The notes beneath the pieces were generated by a model, which saw nothing but the letters and a program-made list of their open reading frames with translations, was not told where the DNA came from and searched no databases. From positions 448,001 to 512,000 of the forward strand of contig JBFWVL010000001.1 of assembly GCA_050246755.1 (NCBI GenBank): 64,000 nt of DNA. The letters are read 5' to 3'. Both the position numbers and the translations under genes were made by a program. The stretch's first letter is position 1, and every line of letters begins with the position of its first letter. This stretch comes from Bacteriovoracia bacterium (lineage in GTDB: Bacteria > Bdellovibrionota > UBA1018 > CAIPTA01). Shown one piece after another: positions 1 to 9,124 of the stretch.

Positions 1-391
1 TGGCCAGCTCGGTAGTTTGGATCGTGGTGCGCTCTTCGATTCCTTCCACCAGAGACCCTACTACCCGCGCGCCTTTGGCAAGCATCACTTCGCTAAAGAG
101 GAAAGGGCTCGTGGCGAGGATCTGGTCTCCCCCGATTCTTTCCACCCTTTCTTCGAAATCATGCTGGTCCGTGATGAGCTGGCGCGAAGAAAAGAGCACG
201 ATATGGGATTGGGTGTCGGTGATGATGCTCTGGAGCTGCGTTTCGAAGCCTTCCATCACACTCATCACCACGGTGAGGGCGGCCACGCCAAGGCAAACGC
301 CGAAAAGCGATACGGAAGCGATAAAAGAGAGAAAGGTATTTCGCTTCTTTCCCGTAAGGAAGCGGCGAGCCACCACGGCCACAATCGACAT
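1..391 (-). CDS. Lipoprotein-releasing ABC transporter permease LolC/E family, 5' part (runs off the window edge)
   Basis: Not in the ORF track. Manual translation from ATG at 391: MSIVAVVARRFLTGKKRNTFLSFIASVSLFGVCLGVAALTVVMSVMEGFETQL..., the typical LolC/E N-terminus. Confidence 0.9.
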   Translation of the reverse strand, partial: MSIVAVVARRFLTGKKRNTFLSFIASVSLFGVCLGVAALTVVMSVMEGFETQLQSIITDTQSHIVLFSSRQLITDQHDFEERVERIGGDQILATSPFLFSEVMLAKGARVVGSLVEGIEERTTIQTTELA

Positions 392-460
392 GCAGGAAAG
401 ATAACATAGCCTAGACAGAAAGCAGATCCTGATTCGGGTCATCCGGGGTAAAGTATGGTT

Positions 461-1321
461 ATGCGCATAGCTCTTGTTACCTGCGAGGAAAAGCCCGAAG
501 GAACCGCGGACGACCGTATCCTGCAAGCGGCGCTGGGCGCAAAAGGACACGCGGGCGAATATAAAATCTGGTCCGACCCCGAGGCCGATTGGGAAAAATT
601 CGACCTCGCCCTGCTTCGCTCTCCTTGGGATTATTACAAAAGGCTGCCGGAATTTTTGGCCTGGACCAGCCGCGTAAGCCGCTCCACCCGCTTGGCAAAT
701 CCCTTGGATACCGTGCGCGAGAATGCCACGAAAGATTACCTTCTGGATCTGGAGAAACGAGGGCTGGCCATTGTGCCGTCTTTTTTCGCCAAAGACCGCG
801 CTACCGCCATCGATGCGGGCTACCAAATGCTGCGAAACGGGCCCATCGTGGTGAAGCCCGCCGTATCGGGCGGATCTTTTCTCACCTATTTGGTTCGCTC
901 GGCCAAAGAACTCGAGACGCCGGTGCAGCAAGTGCTGGCCCATAGCGAAGCCCTGCTCCAGCCCTTTATGGACTCGGTACCTGCCGACGGCGAAATTTCC
1001 CTAATTTATTTTCGCGTGGGCGCTAGCTGGAAATATTCCCACTCCGTCTTGAAAACGGCCGCCCCTGAAGAATTTCGCGTACAAACCGACTTCGCCGGCA
1101 AGGTAGAGCGCTTTGAGCCAAGCCGGAAGCTATTCGCGTTCGCCGAACAAATCCTGCAGCGCCTGTCTCCCGGAGATCTCTACGTGAGGATCGATCTGGT
1201 GGACTGGAAAAAAAGCCCGAAGATCGGAGAGATTGAGCTGATCGAGCCGGCCCTATTCTTCGCATTTTCGGATCAAGCCGCCGCCCTGCAGATCGAGGCG
1301 ATCGAAGCTATTCTGGCCTAG
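461..1321 (+). CDS. ATP-grasp protein (RimK/glutathione synthetase-like)
   Basis: LRSPWDY, VVKPAVSGGS, FRVQTDFAG, YVRIDLV and EIELIEPALF motifs. Start placed at ATG 461 (455 also possible). Confidence 0.8.
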   Translation: MRIALVTCEEKPEGTADDRILQAALGAKGHAGEYKIWSDPEADWEKFDLALLRSPWDYYKRLPEFLAWTSRVSRSTRLANPLDTVRENATKDYLLDLEKRGLAIVPSFFAKDRATAIDAGYQMLRNGPIVVKPAVSGGSFLTYLVRSAKELETPVQQVLAHSEALLQPFMDSVPADGEISLIYFRVGASWKYSHSVLKTAAPEEFRVQTDFAGKVERFEPSRKLFAFAEQILQRLSPGDLYVRIDLVDWKKSPKIGEIELIEPALFFAFSDQAAALQIEAIEAILA

Positions 1322-1652
1322 CCAAAACTTTCGCGGGCGCATCCCGGTTCTGGCAGTTCAGGAGAAAGTCGACGCTCAAAAATTTCTTCCCGGGAATCAC
1401 CTTGATGCATTTCCCAGCGTAGGGCGTGAGCGAAAGCCCGAGCGCAATATGCTCGCCGGTAAGAATCACCTGCCGGTAATTTTCAAAATTGATCACCACC
1501 CGCTCGATGCCCGCCTCGTCGGATCCCAGCCCAATATCCTTCACCGTGAGCGCTTCGGTATGCTGATAACCCCAGCCCTCCCCTTCGAAACGGACGGCGG
1601 CGCGGGCTACAGGCATAGCCCCTAGAAATAGGGCGAACAAAAGTAATTTCAT
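1308..1652 (-). CDS. Small secreted hypothetical protein
   Basis: GAGG RBS before ATG 1652; signal peptide MKLLLFALFLGAMPVARA; two Cys. Confidence 0.6.
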   Translation of the reverse strand: MKLLLFALFLGAMPVARAAVRFEGEGWGYQHTEALTVKDIGLGSDEAGIERVVINFENYRQVILTGEHIALGLSLTPYAGKCIKVIPGKKFLSVDFLLNCQNRDAPAKVLARPE

Positions 1653-1763
1653 GGCGAATCCTCGAATTATCCCGAGAAAAATAGCAAAAAAGCTGGGCCC
1701 CGAACAGATGAATGGTTGCCGCAGGAAGGGAAGGCGGAGCAGGATCAAAAAGAGATACCGAAG

Positions 1764-3272
1764 TTACTCCGCACGCATATGCGGAAACAGGATCACGTCG
1801 CGGATGCTGGCTTGATTCGTCATCAGCATCACGAGGCGATCGATCCCGAGACCTTCGCCCGCGGCCGGCGGCATTCCGTATTCCAGCGCGCGCAGAAAAT
1901 CCTCGTCCACTTCGCAGGCTTCATCGTCGCCCGCCGCCTTATTGGTGGCCTGCAACTCAAAGCGCTCACGTTGGTCGATGGGATCGTTGAGCTCGGAAAA
2001 CGCGTTCCCGATCTCGCGGCCGTATACGAAAAACTCGAAGCGATCGGTCACTTCCGGATTTTGCTCATTCCGGCGCGCGAGGAAGGAAACTTCCGCCGGA
2101 TACTGCGTGATGAACGTGGGCTGGATCAGCTTCTTCTCCACCGTTACTTCGAAAAGCTGCAAGAGGTAAGAGCCTTGTCCCCAATGCTTTTTCCAGGCGG
2201 CAGGAACGTCGCCAGCAGCCTGCAGGGCTTTTTTCAGGCTCTCCACGTCTTCGAGGGCTTGGTCCGTTACCATTGCGGCCGGAAGCCCGCTTAGTTTCTG
2301 GATGGCCTCCTTCATCGTGAAACGCTGCCAAGGACGCGCGAAAGAAATCTCCGCGTCTTGGTAGGTAAGCGATTTTTTACCGTGGATCTTCTCGCACATT
2401 CCCTCGAGCATTTCCTCGGTGAGGTCCATGAGCTCATTATAGGTGGCGTAGGCCCAGTAAAATTCCAGCATCGTGAATTCGGGATTATGGCGAACCGAGA
2501 TTCCTTCGTTGCGGAAGTTGCGGTTGATCTCGAAAACTTTTTCCATGCCGCCCACGAGCAGGCGCTTCAGGTAAAGCTCGGGCGCGATTCGCAGGAAAAG
2601 CTTCATATCGAGGGCATTATGGTGGGTGGCGAAGGGACGCGCGGCGGCCCCCCCGGCGATCGGGTGCATCATCGGCGTTTCTACTTCGGAGAAACCGCGA
2701 TCGGTGAGGAAGGTGCGGATATACTGCACCACTTTCGAGCGGGTCTCGAATACGGTGCGCACATCGTCGTTCATGATCAAATCCACATACCGCATCCGGT
2801 ATTTCTGCTCCACGTCGGTAAGGCCATGAAACTTCTCGGGCAAGGGCTTCAAGGATTTCGAGAGCAATTCAATGCGCGAGGCATGCACGGAAAGTTCGTT
2901 GGTTTTCGTGCGGAACACGTGGCCTTCCACGTAAACGATATCCCCCACATCAAATGTCTTAAAACTCGCAAAAGACGCTTCACCGATATCCTGGATGGCC
3001 ACGTAACTCTGGAGAGTGCCGGTACGATCTTTTAGCTGCACAAAGGCGGCCTTGCCAAAATGCCGGAAGGCCATGATGCGGCCCGCATAAGAAACCGTAA
3101 TCTTCTCCGCCTCTAGCTGCTCTTTAGTGAGCTCGCCCCATTTCTGGCGCATTTCCTGAACGGAAAATTTTGGGGCTAAACCATTTCGATAGGGGTTCAC
3201 GCCTTTTTCGCGGTAGGCCTTAAGCTTTTCGCGGCGGGTTTTTTCTTCGTCGGAGAGATCTAGATTTGCCAT
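1764..3272 (-). CDS. lysS: Lysine--tRNA ligase (class II)
   Basis: OB-fold N-terminus; LRIAPELYLKRL, FRNEG..HNPEFTMLE and YGMPPAAGEGLGIDRL motifs. Confidence 0.98.
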   Translation of the reverse strand: MANLDLSDEEKTRREKLKAYREKGVNPYRNGLAPKFSVQEMRQKWGELTKEQLEAEKITVSYAGRIMAFRHFGKAAFVQLKDRTGTLQSYVAIQDIGEASFASFKTFDVGDIVYVEGHVFRTKTNELSVHASRIELLSKSLKPLPEKFHGLTDVEQKYRMRYVDLIMNDDVRTVFETRSKVVQYIRTFLTDRGFSEVETPMMHPIAGGAAARPFATHHNALDMKLFLRIAPELYLKRLLVGGMEKVFEINRNFRNEGISVRHNPEFTMLEFYWAYATYNELMDLTEEMLEGMCEKIHGKKSLTYQDAEISFARPWQRFTMKEAIQKLSGLPAAMVTDQALEDVESLKKALQAAGDVPAAWKKHWGQGSYLLQLFEVTVEKKLIQPTFITQYPAEVSFLARRNEQNPEVTDRFEFFVYGREIGNAFSELNDPIDQRERFELQATNKAAGDDEACEVDEDFLRALEYGMPPAAGEGLGIDRLVMLMTNQASIRDVILFPHMRAE

Positions 3273-3278
3273 GGGCGG

Positions 3279-3307
3279 ATACTAGCCAAGCGGAAGGCCT
3301 CCGACAA
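3279..3307 (-). promoter_or_regulatory. Sigma-70-type promoter of lysS (leaderless geometry)
   Basis: Minus strand TTGTCG-17 nt-TAGTAT-6 nt-ATG, with no Shine-Dalgarno. Confidence 0.65.
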
Positions 3308-3346
3308 GGCCAAAGTGCCGCGGGAACCCACTTCGGTTTTCGGTCC

Positions 3347-4786
3347 CTACCGCTGCAAATCCGCGGGGGGTGCCGGGCGCTCCGCCGTTTTCACGGCATC
3401 GAGTTCCCGCAAATAGCGGTACGTATAAATTCCGGTGGCGTGCTTGTCATTCCAGATGAGGTTCACGCCGTAACGCCCTACGGGGAGCGCTTTCTCGAGC
3501 GAAATATCCTTCGGGATGGAAGTTTCGGTAATTTTTCTCTCCCCACTGAATTCATCCACGCACACGGCGCAAGGGCAATGGAAGCGGAGGGCTTTGGCCT
3601 CGTAGGTATATTTTTGGCCGTCGCTCCAGTAGATCGCGAGCTTATGATTTCCGCCTTCAATCTCGGCAGGCAGCGGTTCCACCGCGAGGGGCACGATATC
3701 TTTTTGGGTGGGATCGCTCGTCATGGCCTCGATGGTGGCGATCATACGCGTGGCGGCCTGCATATAAGCCTGGGCAGAAGGAGACCTCGGATCGCGGATC
3801 ACGATGGGCTCGCCTTCGTCGCAGGCGCGCACGAGAGCGGCATCCACCGGAATCTGGCCGATGAGGGGAACGGAATCCTCCGCCGCTAATTTCTTCGCGC
3901 CACCTTCGCCGAAAATTGAAGTAGTGGCTCCGCAATCGGAGCAGGCAAATCCGCTCATGGTCTCAATTAGACCGAGAATGGGAACGCCCACATGGCGGAA
4001 CATGAGGAGGCCTTTGCGCGCAATCTCGATGGCCACTTGCTGGGGGGTGGTGACCACGATAGCGCCGGTGAGATTGGACTGTTGCGAGAGAGAGAGCTGG
4101 ATATCGCCAGTTCCGGGGGGAAGATCGATGAGGAGATAATCGAGTTCCCCCCATTTCACGCCGAGCAGGAACTGCTGGATCATCTTCGTGGCCATGGGCG
4201 CACGCCAGACGGTGGGCTGATCGCGCCCGATGAGCAAGCCGAGGGAAATCACTTTGATCCCGAGCATTTCGAAGGGAACGATGAGGTTATCGTCCATTTG
4301 TGGCTGCGTGCCTTCGGAACCGCGTGGGAAATGCTGGCCGAGCATCGTGGGCACCGAAGGGCCGTAGATATCGGCGTCGAGCAAACCTACTTTGTGACCA
4401 AGCTTTTTCAGCGCCATCGCGAGGTTCACGGCGGTGGTGCTTTTTCCCACGCCGCCTTTTCCCGATCCCACCACGATCACATGATTTACGCCGGGCACGG
4501 CTTGGGCGCCATGCACTACGCGAGGTTTCGGTTTTTGAAAGATATTGGGCATCACAGCCGAAACGCCGGGAATATTTTTTACCGCACTCACGCAAGCCGC
4601 ACGGATTTGATCGCGCTGCTCGTTGGCCAGGGAAGGCAAATAGATATCGAAGCTTACCTTGCCATCTTGCACACGCACATTGGCCACCAGCCCGAGCGTG
4701 ACGAGATCTTTTCCGGTTTCGGGATCGGTTACTTTGCGAAGGGCGTCGAGTACGGTTCCGCTAGTAACGGGGTGTGCATGGGCCAT
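3347..4786 (-). CDS. mrp: Mrp/ApbC Fe-S carrier ATPase with N-terminal DUF59 and C-terminal DUF971-like domain
   Basis: VTDPETGKDLV (DUF59), GSGKGGVGKST, DADIYGPS, DLPPGTGD, CSDC; C-terminal LRFHCPCAVC...HATGIY. Confidence 0.9.
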   Translation of the reverse strand: MAHAHPVTSGTVLDALRKVTDPETGKDLVTLGLVANVRVQDGKVSFDIYLPSLANEQRDQIRAACVSAVKNIPGVSAVMPNIFQKPKPRVVHGAQAVPGVNHVIVVGSGKGGVGKSTTAVNLAMALKKLGHKVGLLDADIYGPSVPTMLGQHFPRGSEGTQPQMDDNLIVPFEMLGIKVISLGLLIGRDQPTVWRAPMATKMIQQFLLGVKWGELDYLLIDLPPGTGDIQLSLSQQSNLTGAIVVTTPQQVAIEIARKGLLMFRHVGVPILGLIETMSGFACSDCGATTSIFGEGGAKKLAAEDSVPLIGQIPVDAALVRACDEGEPIVIRDPRSPSAQAYMQAATRMIATIEAMTSDPTQKDIVPLAVEPLPAEIEGGNHKLAIYWSDGQKYTYEAKALRFHCPCAVCVDEFSGERKITETSIPKDISLEKALPVGRYGVNLIWNDKHATGIYTYRYLRELDAVKTAERPAPPADLQR

Positions 4787-4940
4787 GGGTAATCCTCTTA
4801 GTTATGTGCCCCAGGCTTTACCAAAAATACGCGGATTGCACGACAGGAGAAACCGGGGCGTCGCGGTTTTGCTTTAATCAGGTATAGGATTCGCAATAAT
4901 GCGCCGCATTGTCCCCAAAGCCAGGCTACAATATTCCTAG

Positions 4941-6110
4941 ATGGCCGGAGTAAAATACTGCTTAGGACTGATGAGTGGCACCAGCGTGGATTCAATCGAC
5001 GCTTCCCTTATTTCCGTGGGGCCTAAAGCGGACCAGCTGCTGCTGCATACGCAATACGAATATCCCAAAAAACTCCGGCAAGAAATCCTGGAGCTCATCC
5101 GCACTCCCTCCACCTCGCTCGAGGGCTTAACCCGGGTACACTATGAAATCGGCGCCGCCTTTGCCGAAGCCGCCTCCATCGCGATTGAAACGGCGAAAAA
5201 GAAAAAAATTTGCGTGAAAGGGCCCGACCTCATCGGCTCGCACGGGCAAACCGTGTTTCACGACCCGGCCGGTAAGAGAACCCTGCAAATTGGCGAAGCT
5301 TCCCTCATCTCCGCCCGAACGGGAATTACCACGGTGGCCGATTTTCGCTCCGCCGATACGGCCGCGGGCGGCGAGGGAGCTCCGCTCCTACCGCTTTATC
5401 ACCATCGCCTTTTTCGCCAGGAAGAGAAGCACGGGATCGCCATTCATAATTTGGGCGGGATCTCGAACTATACCTATCTCGGACCGAAGGGAAAAATATT
5501 TGCCCTGGATACCGGGCCCGCCAATTGCCTGCTCGATGGAGCTATCCAAAAATTTACCAGTGGCGGGAAATCTTTCGATGAAAAAGGAAATATTGCCCGC
5601 TCTGGAAAACTCAGCGAAGAGCTGTTGCGTAGTTTGCTCGAGGAAGGGGAAGTAGCCGCGTTCCGGAAGCTTGGCGCCCCTAAGAGCACCGGCCGCGAGC
5701 TCTTTAGCCCCCGCTTGCTGGAAGCCAAGCTGACCCAATTCTCACGCCTGTCTCCCCCCGACGTTCTGCGCACCTTAGCCCAATTCACCGTGGAGCTCAT
5801 TGCCGATAGCTATGAGTCTGAGATCGTGAAACGGAAACTGCCCTTGCGCACGGTGGTGATCGCGGGCGGCGGCGCCAAGAATTCTTTCCTGCTTTCGCTT
5901 CTCGAGCAGAGATTTCCCAAAGTAAAATTCCGGACCATGGAAGATTTCGGCCATAGCGCCCAGGCCCTCGAGTCGCAGGCATTCGCTTACTACGCCTACC
6001 TCACGCTTCAGGGCCGGCCGCTTACCTACCCCACCACTACCGGAGCGGAGGAAAGCGTCATTTGCGGAAAAATCAGCCCCGGGAAAAATTGGAAGAAAAT
6101 TGGTAAATAG
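4941..6110 (+). CDS. anmK: Anhydro-N-acetylmuramic acid kinase
   Basis: GLMSGTSVDSID, IGSHGQTVFH, DFRSADTAAGGEGAPL, DTGPANCLLD and PKSTGRELF motifs. Confidence 0.96.
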   Translation: MAGVKYCLGLMSGTSVDSIDASLISVGPKADQLLLHTQYEYPKKLRQEILELIRTPSTSLEGLTRVHYEIGAAFAEAASIAIETAKKKKICVKGPDLIGSHGQTVFHDPAGKRTLQIGEASLISARTGITTVADFRSADTAAGGEGAPLLPLYHHRLFRQEEKHGIAIHNLGGISNYTYLGPKGKIFALDTGPANCLLDGAIQKFTSGGKSFDEKGNIARSGKLSEELLRSLLEEGEVAAFRKLGAPKSTGRELFSPRLLEAKLTQFSRLSPPDVLRTLAQFTVELIADSYESEIVKRKLPLRTVVIAGGGAKNSFLLSLLEQRFPKVKFRTMEDFGHSAQALESQAFAYYAYLTLQGRPLTYPTTTGAEESVICGKISPGKNWKKIGK

Positions 6111-6120
6111 AAAGGGTCTT

Positions 6121-7233
6121 ATGCGCAAAGTCTTTTGCCTTGCCGCCCTCGGTTTTTTCGCCTGCTTGCACGCCAGCGCGGAAGACCTTCGCTGCAATAC
6201 CGATTTCGATATCCACCCTTGCGCCGATGGCAGCGGAGGCGCGAGCCAGGTACGTGAGGCCGCCCGCCAATACCGCAAAAACTGCCAGCTAGGGCAATCG
6301 AAAATTCAGGCGCAGCCAAAGCTTAAAGCCCAATGTGCCCGTCCCGGCAAGAAAACCCCGCTCACGGACTGCACCGACCAATGGGATAAGCAAAGCCGCG
6401 CGCTCGGCGATCTTCTCGATAGAGTGGGCGCCGAGAAAAAAGACCTCAACAAGATCTTCCTCTCCCTCCTGGCACCCGAGGGCTGCGAGGCTCTCGAAAA
6501 AAATAAAACCACGCTTCGCGAGCTGATCCAGCGTTACGATACCCTGGTGACCGCGGTAAATCCTCCGCGCCAAGAAGCACGGGAGGTTTCCGGTGCCTTC
6601 CAGAAGGAATTCATCAAAACGCTTATTCCTTTTAAAAACATTGATCCGGCCAAGCACTACGCCGGCACCGGCGACGAAGCACCGAGGGCCCCACCGGCCC
6701 CAGAGCAGGTGAGCAAGATGGGATGGGTGGATCGGGTGACCGCCTACCGTATCGCCCTCGAGGTGAATTATCCGGGTCCCAAGGACACCAATCTCCAGGT
6801 GGGAGACGTTACCGTGAAGGTAACCGCCGCTTTCGCAAGAGTACTACGGCTCGAAGGCTCCGGCGTTCTGAGCGACGGGCGCCTCGTGAATTCCGGCGGC
6901 GGAAAATATATTTTCGTGCCGGTGATCAAGGCTCCTTACGGACTGGGAAGCTATAAACGAACCCCCCTCGATCCTTTCCGTTCAATCGCGGTAGACCCTA
7001 AGGAGATTCCGCTGGGATCAACAGTATTTATTTATGAAGCGAGGGGTATGCCCCTGCCGCCGGCCCCGGATGGCACTCCCTTATTTCACGATGGGTATTT
7101 CCGCGCGATCGACGTGGGGCACGCCATTCTCGGAACCCATATCGACGTGTATACCGGGGATTCAGTGGAAGACTATCGCTTCGTGCAGAAGTTTTTCTAT
7201 AATCGCACGGTGCATTATTTTGTTTTGAAATAG
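6121..7233 (+). CDS. Secreted 3D-domain protein (MltA-like double-psi barrel, putative lytic transglycosylase)
   Basis: Signal peptide; C-terminal SIAVDPKEIPLGS...FRAIDVGHAILGTHIDVYTG carries the three conserved Asp. Confidence 0.8.
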   Translation: MRKVFCLAALGFFACLHASAEDLRCNTDFDIHPCADGSGGASQVREAARQYRKNCQLGQSKIQAQPKLKAQCARPGKKTPLTDCTDQWDKQSRALGDLLDRVGAEKKDLNKIFLSLLAPEGCEALEKNKTTLRELIQRYDTLVTAVNPPRQEAREVSGAFQKEFIKTLIPFKNIDPAKHYAGTGDEAPRAPPAPEQVSKMGWVDRVTAYRIALEVNYPGPKDTNLQVGDVTVKVTAAFARVLRLEGSGVLSDGRLVNSGGGKYIFVPVIKAPYGLGSYKRTPLDPFRSIAVDPKEIPLGSTVFIYEARGMPLPPAPDGTPLFHDGYFRAIDVGHAILGTHIDVYTGDSVEDYRFVQKFFYNRTVHYFVLK

Positions 7234-7420
7234 GCGTCGTTATCCCTGTCACTATTGACACTAGCTGTGTCCTAAACAACACAAGGAACAACGGAATCAT
7301 CTCACTCCGAACACTCTCACTCCCCCAGGTGGAGCTCTGCGTTGCTCCATACCCATACACAACCCATTGAAAATACTGGTTAAATTTTCTGATTAATTTT
7401 AGGTAAATAGTCGGGTATTA

Positions 7421-7435
7421 TGGCACGACCATTGC
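7421..7435 (+). promoter_or_regulatory. Sigma-54 (-24/-12) promoter of lpxC
   Basis: TGGCACG-ACCA-TTGC matches TGGCACG-N4-TTGC exactly; 16 nt before the ATG. Confidence 0.75.
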
Positions 7436-7451
7436 CCTATACCCCCTGAGT

Positions 7452-8360
7452 ATGAGAAACCAAAAAACCATTCGCCAGCCTGTTTCGATTAGCGGTACGG
7501 GTCTGCATTCCGGGAAACGCGTGACCCTCACGCTCCACCCTGCCCGCGCGAATACCGGCATTCGTTTTCTGCGTACCGACCTTCCCGAATCCATCGAAAT
7601 CCAAGCCAACGTAAGAAACGTTCACTCGACCACGCTCGCCACCACCCTCTCGGCTGGTGGAGTGAAGATTTCTACCGTGGAGCACTTGATGAGCGCACTC
7701 TGGGCTCTGGGCATCGATAATGTGCTTTGCTCGGTAGATGGCGAAGAAGTGCCCATTCTGGACGGTAGCGCCCTCCCCTTCGCCCAGCTGATCCGGAAGG
7801 CCGGAGTAAAGAGCCAACGCAGCGCCCGCCGCTTCCTCGTGGCGCTCAAGACCATCGAGCTGCGCTCCGGCGACAAATGGGCCATCCTCAAGCCCTCGCG
7901 CGAATTCAAAATCCGCTACACTATCGATTTTCCCCATCCCGTGATTGGCAAGCAGAGCTTTGAGTTCAATTCCAATACGGACTTCATCAAAGAGATCGCC
8001 CCCTGCCGCACCTTCGGTTTCCTCAAAGACGTAGAGCGCATGCAAGCCATGGGCTTGGCACTAGGCGGATCTCTGCAAAATGCCGTCGTGCTCGATGAGC
8101 AAAAGGCCCTCAATCCCGAAGGCCTGCGCTTTCAGGATGAGTTCGTGCGCCACAAGATTTTGGATGCGATCGGCGATTTCTCCCTAATCGGCTACCCCAT
8201 CCTCGCGGACATCGAGTTGCACCGCGCCGGCCATGAGCTGCAAACCCGCCTGGTGCAAGAGCTTCTCGAGCAACCTGGCGCTTTCTCCATCTTCGTTCCC
8301 GATTCCAAAGAAGATTTCGAGAAGCCCTTCTGCCTAAGCCAAGCTGCTTACGCTTTCTAA
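7452..8360 (+). CDS. lpxC: UDP-3-O-acyl-N-acetylglucosamine deacetylase
   Basis: GTGLHSG, STVEHLMSAL, RTFGF, HKILDAIGD and GH motifs. Confidence 0.98.
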   Translation: MRNQKTIRQPVSISGTGLHSGKRVTLTLHPARANTGIRFLRTDLPESIEIQANVRNVHSTTLATTLSAGGVKISTVEHLMSALWALGIDNVLCSVDGEEVPILDGSALPFAQLIRKAGVKSQRSARRFLVALKTIELRSGDKWAILKPSREFKIRYTIDFPHPVIGKQSFEFNSNTDFIKEIAPCRTFGFLKDVERMQAMGLALGGSLQNAVVLDEQKALNPEGLRFQDEFVRHKILDAIGDFSLIGYPILADIELHRAGHELQTRLVQELLEQPGAFSIFVPDSKEDFEKPFCLSQAAYAF

Positions 8361-8372
8361 TTTTTAAAAATC

Positions 8373-8421
8373 AAAAAAATTGCGGCGAAAACCGGGCCGA
8401 AGCCCTAGTTCCCGCCGCAAT
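8373..8421 (-). terminator. Intrinsic terminator between convergent genes
   Basis: ATTGCGGCG...CGCCGCAAT stem with an A-run on the left, which is a U-tail on the minus strand. Confidence 0.65.
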
Positions 8422-8448
8422 GGCGATTCCTAGATTCCACGTAAGGAA

Positions 8449-8940
8449 CTATTTGCGAACGAAACGTCCATTTTTGCAGGTATAAAGAACGCGCACGGTG
8501 CCGTTCTCACCGCCGTTACGGCTATCGCTCTCTTCGAAGTACATTTCCGAGCCGTTTTTGCAAACGTAGCGGCTGCCGCGGTCCGAGTGGCGGCCGTGTC
8601 TTTTTTTGCCGTACATTCTTTTGTATTTACCGTTGTGGCATACGAAGGGAACGTCGATGGTGCCGCTATCGCCGCCGTTACGGCTATCGGCCACCGGGAA
8701 ATTCTGGATATCCCCCTCCACGCAGCCACGATACTCGGGAGCCGGAGCAACGTAATCTTCGGTGAAGCGGCCATCTACGCAAGTCCAAAGAACGTCTTGG
8801 CAAGCGCCACCTTCGGAATTTTGGCAAAGGGCCGGGTTATTGGAGGGCCAGTAGTGCTGTTCGCCTTCACGGCAAGAGCTGGCATTTGCGGCAATCGAGC
8901 TGAAGCCGAGTACCACTACGAGGGCAAATAAAGTTTTCAT
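8449..8940 (-). CDS. Secreted hypothetical protein with three Cys-bracketed repeats
   Basis: AGGAG RBS and signal peptide; three units C-x-[EN]G...C-x-[DN]G-[RK]-[FY]. Confidence 0.75.
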   Translation of the reverse strand: MKTLFALVVVLGFSSIAANASSCREGEQHYWPSNNPALCQNSEGGACQDVLWTCVDGRFTEDYVAPAPEYRGCVEGDIQNFPVADSRNGGDSGTIDVPFVCHNGKYKRMYGKKRHGRHSDRGSRYVCKNGSEMYFEESDSRNGGENGTVRVLYTCKNGRFVRK

Positions 8941-9124
8941 TCTATAACTCCTGAATATTTTTGTTTACGTTCCACTAATTTCCGGTGCGGAAGCGAGCGC
9001 CATTTCGCTTGCGGCGAAAATAGCTCCCGGCCCGAGCAGAGTTTTTAACTTAATTTCACGGAGGATGCGCGTGCAGGAATGCCGCAAAAATTGCCGCGGC
9101 ACGCGTGGCCAGAATGTCGCAAAT

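Noticed and set aside
17-409. Plus-strand ORFs of 130 and 126 aa
   Set aside because: Antisense shadows of the lolC/E gene on the minus strand.
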